From a virus (Duplodnaviria; Caudoviricetes), in the IMG/VR virus record IMGVR_UViG_3300028585_000020, positions 1 to 64,000 of that record: a stretch of DNA of 64,000 bases; one strand, 5' to 3'. Positions 7,281-14,470 of the stretch are shown piece by piece; the first letter of the stretch is position 1, and each line of letters opens with the position of its first letter. The notes below the pieces were generated by a model. It did not search any database and was not told where the DNA came from. It saw only the letters and a program-made list of their open reading frames with translations. A program made the translations under genes and the position numbers.

Positions 7281-8060
7281 TTAATTATGATAATACATCT
7301 TCACGAACGCACGGCACAGGCCAGAACGAACAACATCCTCAGGAGTGAACGTAACAATGCCAACATTCCTGTCAATGCAATTCAAGTCATCATCGTCAAG
7401 ATATTCTGGTTCAGTTTCAAGCATTCGCTCGATAAGATTGATAGTCTTGACAAGGCCGCTGGCACCTTTCAAGTCATTCTGCTTCTGATCGCCAGTGAAA
7501 ACCCATTGAGAACCCTCCCCGATACGGGACAGCAACATTTCAAGGTCATCTGCTGTGAGGTTTTGCGATTCCTCTACAATGACGAATGCATTTTCAATGC
7601 TCATGCCACGCATGTGTTCGATACTCAGCATTTCAACATTCTTATTGTTCATGCAATAGCCAAGGAAACCTTTACCCATGAATGTTGCAAGATGTCCGAG
7701 AGTTTGCTTGAAGAATGGCAACAACTTCTCTTCAAGGGTTCCCGGCAACATTCCAAGACTTTTACCAGCAGAGACGTTAGCTCGCACAAGATAAATCTTA
7801 TCAATCTTTTTAAGGCGCATCTGCTCTGCTGCTTGGTAAGCTGCTACGTAAGATTTACCTGTGCCTGCGCTGCCAAGAGCAAATGACACTTTAGTACCAC
7901 TTCGGATTAGTTCTACAAGTTTTTTCTGCCGAGGATTGGCAGGCTCAAACTTAATTGCTTTCTGTTGTGTTGGAACAATAATTTCACCAGAGTGAGCTTG
8001 CACAATAGGTGCTTCCTCCCTCTTCTGTTTACGCGTAAATCGTTTGGCCCGTTCGGACAT
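7281..8060 (-). CDS. phoH: PhoH-family ATPase
   Basis: GSAGTGKS Walker A, LGMLPGTLEEK, MRG.S..NAFVIVEESQN, TGD..Q.DL, DVVRSGL. Confidence 0.95.
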   Translation of the reverse strand: MSERAKRFTRKQKREEAPIVQAHSGEIIVPTQQKAIKFEPANPRQKKLVELIRSGTKVSFALGSAGTGKSYVAAYQAAEQMRLKKIDKIYLVRANVSAGKSLGMLPGTLEEKLLPFFKQTLGHLATFMGKGFLGYCMNNKNVEMLSIEHMRGMSIENAFVIVEESQNLTADDLEMLLSRIGEGSQWVFTGDQKQNDLKGASGLVKTINLIERMLETEPEYLDDDDLNCIDRNVGIVTFTPEDVVRSGLCRAFVKMYYHN

Positions 8061-8139
8061 GCGTTATCCTCTGCTAAAAATGTTAATGGGAAGTGGCTAA
8101 ATACTTCCCAAGATACCACTGCTGTTTCTTTATGTCAAG

Positions 8140-8349
8140 TTAGTGAGGCTGTAACCATGTGATTTCGTCGGAGTAGAAATAGTCTTCATACCCCATGTTC
8201 TCTACATAAATTCTAGCAATAAATTTCCCATTAACCAAGTCTACCGAAGTCAAGTCATTTATGAAAGTGAACTTGTCCTCTACTGCGACAAGAGTATTAC
8301 GGGACAGTTTCCAAATTTCTACTTCACAATTCTCAAACTTTATCTTCAT
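8140..8349 (-). CDS. hypothetical protein
   Basis: 69-aa ORF in co-oriented run. Confidence 0.65.
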   Translation of the reverse strand: MKIKFENCEVEIWKLSRNTLVAVEDKFTFINDLTSVDLVNGKFIARIYVENMGYEDYFYSDEITWLQPH

Positions 8350-8815
8350 GCTCAGCGTCTTTCAGGCTAACCAGCATCTCTTGTACAGCAGGGCCACTCT
8401 TACGGTCTTCTGATTTAGTTTTCCGTGCAACGCGAGCTTTTTGAATACTCTCGCTGGCCTTTTCTTTGTTTTGTTCACTACGAGCTTCCAGCACTTCGTC
8501 AATACGAGTCTTAGTGCGTTTGATGGAATTGCGATCTTTGTACAGCCAAACTTCGTACAGAATCCAATTGTTGGAAGGAGTGTTGTCGGGATGAATGCGC
8601 CAACCGCGAGTCATGTGCTCTTCCAGTTCGTGCACGAGGGCGAAGAACGAAGTTTCTACAACGTGCTTTAGTTCGATGTCGTCAGGGGTGTCTGCTGGGA
8701 CATCAGCGCCGACAGGCTCGTCTTGAACAACTTCATTTTCTGGGACAGTATTTTCTTGCATGGTAGTTTCCTCTTGATTAGTGATGGATTGTGGCTGGGT
8801 GGTGTTAGTTTTCAT
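8333..8815 (-). CDS. hypothetical protein
   Basis: ORF 8333..8836; RBS-supported starts at 8815 or 8761. Confidence 0.75.
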   Translation of the reverse strand: MKTNTTQPQSITNQEETTMQENTVPENEVVQDEPVGADVPADTPDDIELKHVVETSFFALVHELEEHMTRGWRIHPDNTPSNNWILYEVWLYKDRNSIKRTKTRIDEVLEARSEQNKEKASESIQKARVARKTKSEDRKSGPAVQEMLVSLKDAEHEDKV

Positions 8816-8930
8816 AAGTTTGCTCCTCTTGGTCATCTAAATAAATTTCACCAAATCGAATGTCATCGAAGTCCATAAGATTCTTCTCTTGGTGCTCTAG
8901 CTCTACTACAAAATTTTCAATGTCTGTCAT
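8805..8930 (-). CDS. small very acidic protein (41 aa)
   Basis: Manually translated MTDIENFVVELEHQEKNLMDFDDIRFGEIYLDDQEEQTYEN. Confidence 0.55.
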   Translation of the reverse strand: MTDIENFVVELEHQEKNLMDFDDIRFGEIYLDDQEEQTYEN

Positions 8931-8934
8931 GTTG

Positions 8935-9099
8935 TTATTTCACCACAGCAAGCACAGTGAATTTCTTACCGTGATTTGGTGTGGCGTAATGCAGGCTGTC
9001 TTTCACAGCTTCAATTGCAGTGTTAGAGTCATCAACATTGCTAACGTCCATTAGGCACAGTTTATCACCCTGTTTCCAGTAGCATTTGTAAGAATTCAT
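8935..9099 (-). CDS. hypothetical protein
   Basis: MNSYKCYWKQ...; AGGAGG RBS before ATG 9099. Confidence 0.75.
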   Translation of the reverse strand: MNSYKCYWKQGDKLCLMDVSNVDDSNTAIEAVKDSLHYATPNHGKKFTVLAVVK

Positions 9100-9130
9100 T
9101 TTCCCTCCTAGGAATTGGTTAAGAAGCTGC

Positions 9131-9196
9131 ATGATATAACGGCTTCAAACATATGTCAAGCCAAGATTTGACAGAATACAATAAAGATGTTACAAT
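9131..9196. promoter_or_regulatory. back-to-back divergent sigma70-like promoters
   Basis: - strand TTGACA (9159-9154), 17 nt, TATCAT; + strand AAGATTTGACA (9163-9173), 17 nt, TACAAT (9191-9196). Confidence 0.8.
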
Positions 9197-9228
9197 TTCG
9201 CTCATTAAGAATGTTAAGGAGAAGCACT

Positions 9229-9609
9229 ATGGGACGACCAGCCAAGGGTCAGTCGTTGTTTAAAAGTACACATGAGCTAACTAAGATGATGAAAGCTCTC
9301 AAGCGTATCAATGATAAGGCTATTCGTGTACTAGATCAAGCTATGGACAGCGCAGACGAGAAGATTCGTGTTGCTGCTGCTGAGAAGTCTATCAAGTTCT
9401 ATGCAGACGCTGCCAAGGAAATCCGACAAGACCAAATCAACAGTACACTTATTGAGATGAAGATGGGTCTCATCGGGCAAGGCTCCACTGTACCAGAGGA
9501 TAACACCCCTGTGTTGAATTTTGATGAACTTCATCCAGACTTTGCTAACAAGGATGTTGTGGATGCAGAGAACGTGGTAGATTTGTCGGATGTGCGCAAG
9601 ATTGGGTAA
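9229..9609 (+). CDS. hypothetical helical protein, candidate terminase small subunit
   Basis: MGRPAKG... basic N-terminus, helical core, first gene of late strand; AAGGAG RBS; TerS role inferred from position only. Confidence 0.45.
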   Translation: MGRPAKGQSLFKSTHELTKMMKALKRINDKAIRVLDQAMDSADEKIRVAAAEKSIKFYADAAKEIRQDQINSTLIEMKMGLIGQGSTVPEDNTPVLNFDELHPDFANKDVVDAENVVDLSDVRKIG

Positions 9610-9618
9610 GAATTAAAT

Positions 9619-9652
9619 AAGATTTGACAAGATGGTGTCAATCGTGTACAAT
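9619..9652 (+). promoter_or_regulatory. promoter of tRNA island
   Basis: AAGATTTGACA, 17 nt, TACAAT. Confidence 0.85.
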
Positions 9653-9659
9653 TCGTTTT

Positions 9660-9845
9660 GTTGGTTCTGTTGCGAGACTCCAAGGTTAGTCCTTGTTGGG
9701 GGTGCAGAGCAATGTCAGGCTTGCCATAGCCTGCACAAGAATTGGCTGCATAGGAATTCTAACGAGTTCCCTTGTAAGGACGCTCTTCTGGCGGCGGCAA
9801 TTTCCCCTCCTATTTGTTGTGGCTGGGATAGAGCGTCCTTACAAG
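9660..9845 (+). ncRNA. candidate structured RNA upstream of tRNA-Thr
   Basis: Perfect 16-bp stem CTTGTAAGGACGCTCT/AGAGCGTCCTTACAAG plus smaller hairpins directly after a promoter; no credible ORF. Confidence 0.5.
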
Positions 9846-9850
9846 ATTTA

Positions 9851-9924
9851 GCCCCGTTAGTTAAGTGGTATAACAGTTGACTTGTAATCATCAATCGTCT
9901 GTTCAATTCAGTCACGGGGCACCA
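9851..9924 (+). tRNA. tRNA-Thr(UGU)
   Basis: GCCCCGT/ACGGGGC acceptor, D arm GTTA/TAAC, loop CT-TGT-AA, TTCAATT T-loop, encoded CCA. Confidence 0.9.
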
Positions 9925-10082
9925 GAAAGTGTAGCTAAGACCAAGGCTAATCATCTTGGCATGACTCTAGGCTGTCGCACACAACGCTGCGAATACGTAC
10001 AAGTCGTAGCTGTGGATAGTGACGGATTGATACTCCGGTCTACAGCCAAAGTCCTCGTAGCTACGGCGAGGCAAGATCAATT

Positions 10083-10157
10083 ACGGGCGAGTGTGTAGGT
10101 ACGCACGTTAGGCTCATAACCTAGAGGGTCACGTTCGATTCGTGGGCCACGCAACCA
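10083..10157 (+). tRNA. tRNA with CAU anticodon (Met or Ile2), degenerate acceptor stem
   Basis: TTAGG-CTCATAA-CCTAG anticodon arm, TTCGATT T-loop, ACCA end; acceptor pairs only ~5 bp with a bulge. Confidence 0.6.
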
Positions 10158-10162
10158 AACAT

Positions 10163-10238
10163 GCGGGATTAGCTCAGTTGGTAGAGCGTCAGTTTTCCAA
10201 ATTGAATGTCGTCGGTTCGAGGCCGTCATCCCGCTCCA
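10163..10238 (+). tRNA. tRNA-Gly(UCC)
   Basis: GCGGGAT/ATCCCGC acceptor, GCTC/GAGC D stem, loop TT-TCC-AA, U73, CCA. Confidence 0.93.
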
Positions 10239-10333
10239 GAATCTCCTACCTTAGAGATTGTTAGTCTTACGGCTGACGAGGACTCTCGCAGAGTCTAATG
10301 AGTTCGGTGAAATTCCGAGCCACACAGAATTCT
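10239..10333 (+). ncRNA. candidate multi-hairpin RNA following tRNA-Gly
   Basis: Four consecutive hairpins incl. C-TTAC-G tetraloop and GG-TGAAATT-CC T-loop-like hairpin. Confidence 0.4.
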
Positions 10334-10355
10334 AACACAATTAAATAATACTACA

Positions 10356-10628
10356 ATGGCTACAACGAGACAAGACGTAATTCTTCCAAAATCCACTTGG
10401 ACTGATCTTTTCGCCGCCTCTGGAATTCCTGTAGGTACTGCGGTTTCAATTTACAACAAAGGTAGCCAGTCTTTTTATTTGGCTATTAATGACAAGCCCC
10501 CAGAAAGCGCCACATTTGGTGTCCCTGTTTATACAGGTGCTGACGGTTTTATGATGATTCAAGCTAATGAGAATGGTTTGTGGGCGTATAGTGCTCACGG
10601 TGGAATTATTCTAGTGCAGGAGGGTTGA
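10356..10628 (+). CDS. hypothetical beta-rich protein, probable fibre partner
   Basis: 90-aa ORF immediately before collagen-like gene. Confidence 0.75.
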   Translation: MATTRQDVILPKSTWTDLFAASGIPVGTAVSIYNKGSQSFYLAINDKPPESATFGVPVYTGADGFMMIQANENGLWAYSAHGGIILVQEG

Positions 10629-10629
10629 C

Positions 10630-11457
10630 ATGCCAATCTTCCCAAGGGTGAATGTAAGCGTAACAAACACTAACACAGTTCCAGTAAGAGGTGCAACAGG
10701 AGCAACTGGGGCCACTGGCGCACAAGGGCCAGCAGGGGCAATAGGTCCATCAGGTAAAGATGGCGTTGATGGCTCTAACGGAGGTGTCGGACCTCGTGGA
10801 ATTCAAGGACCGCAAGGAAACCACGGAGTAGATGGTAAAGATGGTGTTCAAGGAATTCAAGGGGAACCCGGCAAGGATGGAGCAGACGGCGAGCACGGAA
10901 TTCAAGGTATTCCCGGTGAACGTGGTCCAAAGGGTGAAACTGGTGATATTGGCCCACAAGGTATTCAAGGTGTTAAAGGTGATACTGGGGCAGACGGTCA
11001 ACAGGGCATTCAAGGTATTCGCGGATTGACTGGAGCCAAGGGCGACACAGGAGCAACTGGAGAGACTGGTGCTACAGGTTCACAAGGACAACAAGGTATT
11101 CAGGGAAATACAGGCGCTACAGGTTCGCAAGGTTTGAAGGGGGATACTGGCGCAACAGGGCCAAAAGGTGCAGATGGCAAAACTGTTTTTGGTATCCGTG
11201 CTCAGACTGATGCAACAGGAAAGTATGTCTGGACATTCCCCACACCTTTTGCATCCGGTGTAATTCCTGTGATTGGCGTAACTGTACAAGATACAACAAC
11301 AGCGTCTTTCAATCATAAGATTTTTTCCTTGACAAACACTTCAGCCACAGTCCAGTTGACTAAAACCACAGCAGTTACTGTGCTAGGTCTTTCTGTCCTA
11401 GGAGTGGATACAAATCCGCAAGCGTTCGTGCATATCACTGCAATGGCACCTACATAA
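10630..11457 (+). CDS. collagen-like fibre protein
   Basis: About 54 uninterrupted Gly-X-Y triplets followed by a ~90-aa beta-rich C-terminal domain. Confidence 0.92.
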   Translation: MPIFPRVNVSVTNTNTVPVRGATGATGATGAQGPAGAIGPSGKDGVDGSNGGVGPRGIQGPQGNHGVDGKDGVQGIQGEPGKDGADGEHGIQGIPGERGPKGETGDIGPQGIQGVKGDTGADGQQGIQGIRGLTGAKGDTGATGETGATGSQGQQGIQGNTGATGSQGLKGDTGATGPKGADGKTVFGIRAQTDATGKYVWTFPTPFASGVIPVIGVTVQDTTTASFNHKIFSLTNTSATVQLTKTTAVTVLGLSVLGVDTNPQAFVHITAMAPT

Positions 11458-11479
11458 TTTAAAACACAAGGAGGGAAAC

Positions 11480-11686
11480 TTGAGTAAATCATATCAGGCC
11501 GAAGCTGGAAAAGGCTCAAAGCCACGAGTTAAAAGTGTAGATGGAACTACGTTCTCAAATAACTGGGACAACATTTTCAAACAAAAAGATAATAAGCCAA
11601 AACTGGAGCGCTGTAAAGTTTGTTATGGTGAAGGTGGGGCTTTTGACGCGGGGCATTGGTATGAGTGCCCTGTTTGCAGCAATTAA
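11480..11686 (+). CDS. small protein, GKGSKPR...NWD.IF motif plus CxxC...CxxC
   Basis: GGAGGG RBS, TTG start; C-terminal CKVC/CPVC zinc ribbon. Confidence 0.75.
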   Translation: MSKSYQAEAGKGSKPRVKSVDGTTFSNNWDNIFKQKDNKPKLERCKVCYGEGGAFDAGHWYECPVCSN

Positions 11687-11689
11687 GAA

Positions 11690-11880
11690 TACTGGTTGTA
11701 GCATCATCGTCGGAAGTCATGAAAGCCACCGTGGGCCGATTCTAATACACGTACTAATTTCAGGCCAAGGGACATTGCTCCACGGGTCTAGATAGCTGCT
11801 TCGGCAGTAAGAGGAGAGGGATGCAAACTGGCATCTAAAGATCGCAGGCAGGATTTAGTGTGGCGCTGCGGCACCAATTT
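11690..11880 (+). ncRNA. candidate structured RNA
   Basis: Non-coding 190 nt with CCGTGG/CCACGG stem, GCTGC-TTCG-GCAGT, GATGC/GCATC and CTAAA/TTTAG hairpins, before a terminator. Confidence 0.4.
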
Positions 11881-11885
11881 TATAG

Positions 11886-11926
11886 GCTCGGCGTGCATGG
11901 AAATGCGCGACGGGCTTTTGTGTTTT
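11886..11926 (+). terminator. intrinsic terminator
   Basis: GCTCG-GCGTGCAT-GGAA-ATGCGCG-ACGGGC then TTTTGTGTTTT. Confidence 0.7.
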
Positions 11927-12009
11927 GCGTGGTGAACGGACTAGCTATCCTCTCTCGGGCTGTACTCCTGAGATAGCCACACTTATTAACTCAGTACAGG
12001 AGAAAAGAA

Positions 12010-12999
12010 ATGGGAAGTAATAATCAACGTAAGACTAATGAACAGGCAATTTCAGAGTCCGTGTCTTTGCATGGCGATGCATACAGGTACGACAAGTTCA
12101 ATTACGTATCATCGAAGACTAAGGTTATATTGTTTTGCAACAAACATCAAGAATATTTTGAAACAATGCCATCAAGTCATCTGAGTCCTACACGCAAGGC
12201 AGGTTGCCCTAAATGCGGCAATGAGCGCAGTGCTGATGCTTGCAGAAGCAGTACAGAAGATTTTATAAGAAAAGCGAATGCTGTGCAAACAGATTCGGGC
12301 AAGGAGTTTGACTACTCCCGCGTGGAATACAAACTGGCAAGAACTAAAGTCGAAATTGGATGTAAGACGTGCGGAACATGGTTCATGCAGAGTCCAGATG
12401 TCCATTTGCGCAACAAGGGTTGTAGGACATGCATGAACAACAAGCTTGCTAAAGATCGGAGCCATACAAAAGATTATTTTGTTGAGCAAGCCCTGAAAAT
12501 AACTGGTGCTAAATACAATTACGATCTAGTTGAATATAAGAACGCACGGACTTACGTGGACATTCTATGTAATAATTGTGGTACGACATTTAAAAAGAAG
12601 CCCACCGAAATTCTTAATGGTCATGGTTGCAGGTGTCACGCCGAGCCAAGTGGTTATAGTTCCAGCGAGCCGGGGAATCTTTACATTATGCAGTGTGAAG
12701 GAATGGCCAAGATTGGCATCACTAATCTCAACCCTGAAGTCAGAGCCAAGGCCGTTAGTAAATCTTATGGTAAGAGTTTTCAAGTTATTGAATTCTTTAC
12801 CATGGATGGACAAATATGTTCCGACATAGAAACACAACTTATTGGGGAATTGCGAAATTCGTATGAAAGTCCAAAAGAAAAATTCTGCGGTTATACAGAA
12901 ACTTTCTACATGAATGATGTCACGAATCTCCGAAAACGAATTATAGAATTAAAGGAGATTTATGAGCAACGACAAGCCAATCTTTGCGCCATGCAGTGA
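12010..12999 (+). CDS. putative homing endonuclease: three Zn-ribbon repeats plus C-terminal GIY-YIG/T5orf172-like domain
   Basis: Three Y.Y..V.Y......V.I.C..C/H...F....H/I...GC repeats; LYIMQCEGMAKIGIT; overlaps terL start. Confidence 0.8.
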   Translation: MGSNNQRKTNEQAISESVSLHGDAYRYDKFNYVSSKTKVILFCNKHQEYFETMPSSHLSPTRKAGCPKCGNERSADACRSSTEDFIRKANAVQTDSGKEFDYSRVEYKLARTKVEIGCKTCGTWFMQSPDVHLRNKGCRTCMNNKLAKDRSHTKDYFVEQALKITGAKYNYDLVEYKNARTYVDILCNNCGTTFKKKPTEILNGHGCRCHAEPSGYSSSEPGNLYIMQCEGMAKIGITNLNPEVRAKAVSKSYGKSFQVIEFFTMDGQICSDIETQLIGELRNSYESPKEKFCGYTETFYMNDVTNLRKRIIELKEIYEQRQANLCAMQ

Positions 13000-14386
13000 A
13001 AAACAACGCCTCGTTCTGACAGAGAACGAGGTAGACCTGTTCCTCACGGGCGGCGGCGCTGGGTCCGGTAAGACTTTTTTATCGTTGGTCCGGGCAGCAA
13101 AGCTAGTTCAAGATAAGCACGCCAAAGTGATGGTATTACGACTAACATACCCCATGCTTAAAGACATGATTGTATCATCCAAGCAAATTTACCCTCACTT
13201 CGGTGCAATTTACAAGACACAAGCAAGGGAGTGGGTTTTTCCTAATGGAGCTACCATTGACTTTAAGGCGATGCCTAAAGATTTGTATGAAGTTCAGGGT
13301 TGGGAACGAACTCACTTTATTATTGACGAGGCAGCAGAGTGGGAGCAAGACCAAGTTCTAGCCGTACTTAGCCGATTACGTAGTGCTACGTACACAGGTA
13401 AAAAATTTATGATGCTCTCGTGCAACCCCTCTAAATCTTCATGGTTGCGTGATGTAGTTAACTACTCATTAGATTCTGAAGGTGTCCCACTCAAAGGGAC
13501 TGAGCATAAAGTAAGATATTTCGTAATTCAAAATTCACACTTTAAGTGGGCGGATTCAGAAGGTGAGCTATACGAAAAGTATGGGCAGGGACTAGAGAGG
13601 GGCAAAGAATTTGTAGCCCTTAAATTTAAGTTCTGCCCTATGACTTGCTACGACAATTTAGCGATGCTCAAGGTTGACCCCGGCTACCCCGGACGACTTC
13701 TTGCCCAGCCCCGCGTTAATCAGTTACGCCTCCTTTATGGTTCTTGGGATGCTGCCATTGAAGGCAGCGCGTTAGTATCTGAAGATATGTTCGAGATTGT
13801 AGACCACCCACCTATCAACCCAGTTAAAAAAATCAGGGCATGGGATTTAGCATCATCTATCCCCAACGAATCGAATTCTTTTAAATGCGACTGGTCTGTT
13901 GGTGTACTTATGTCAAAAGATGCTTTTGGGAATTTCTTCATTGAAGACGTAGTTAGGTTCCAACGTCAAATTGACGGAGTTTTAAAGGGAATCAAAGATA
14001 CCGGGTGGCAAGACGGCCTAGACGTCACGCAAATTTTGCCAATTGATCCCGGTCAAGCTGGAAAGGTGGCCTCAAAATTCTACGTAACTTTTCTTGCTGA
14101 AAACGGTATTGATACACGAACAGAAGGTATTAATCCTCACAGCAATAAAGTTACACGATTTAATCCTTTTGCTAGTGTCGCCACAAACAAGAGTGTCAAG
14201 ATTGTAAAAGGTGACTGGAATAGGGCATGGCTTGATGAGGTTTGTTTCTTCACCGGAGAACGCAAAAATGTCGATGACCAAGTTGACGCCACGGCTTCGG
14301 CTTTTAACGCATTGGCTAGGACTGTGACAATCCCGACTTTCACCCTCCCAACATTCTCCGGCAACTCCCCTATCCCAAAATTATAA
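12962..14386 (+). CDS. terL: terminase large subunit
   Basis: GGGAGSGKT Walker A, IIDEA Walker B, RAWDLA nuclease motif, DDQVDA. Confidence 0.96.
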   Translation: MSNDKPIFAPCSEKQRLVLTENEVDLFLTGGGAGSGKTFLSLVRAAKLVQDKHAKVMVLRLTYPMLKDMIVSSKQIYPHFGAIYKTQAREWVFPNGATIDFKAMPKDLYEVQGWERTHFIIDEAAEWEQDQVLAVLSRLRSATYTGKKFMMLSCNPSKSSWLRDVVNYSLDSEGVPLKGTEHKVRYFVIQNSHFKWADSEGELYEKYGQGLERGKEFVALKFKFCPMTCYDNLAMLKVDPGYPGRLLAQPRVNQLRLLYGSWDAAIEGSALVSEDMFEIVDHPPINPVKKIRAWDLASSIPNESNSFKCDWSVGVLMSKDAFGNFFIEDVVRFQRQIDGVLKGIKDTGWQDGLDVTQILPIDPGQAGKVASKFYVTFLAENGIDTRTEGINPHSNKVTRFNPFASVATNKSVKIVKGDWNRAWLDEVCFFTGERKNVDDQVDATASAFNALARTVTIPTFTLPTFSGNSPIPKL

Positions 14387-14408
14387 CACAAAAATCAGAA
14401 TTGTGCAC

Positions 14409-14442
14409 AAGATTTGACAAGATGCAACTCAAGTGTTACAAT
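14409..14442 (+). promoter_or_regulatory. promoter of head operon
   Basis: AAGATTTGACA, 17 nt, TACAAT. Confidence 0.85.
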
Positions 14443-14470
14443 TCTGCTTAATGAATAAAAAGGAGCACTA

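Noticed and set aside
3727-7374. Exact 16-mer GCCAACATTCCTGTCA at 3727-3742 (terminator) and 7359-7374 (phoH)
   Set aside because: About N^2/(2*4^16), roughly 0.5, such matches are expected by chance in 64 kb; contexts are unrelated
10272-10320. Hammerhead ribozyme (CTGACGAG followed by a stem)
   Set aside because: No GAAA after stem II and no stem III/NUH; theta/HDV pseudoknot also not found after either CCA
11733-11876. tmRNA (GGGCCGATTCT resembles its 5' end; region ends in CCA)
   Set aside because: 3' end cannot form the acceptor stem or T-arm; too short; no tag ORF
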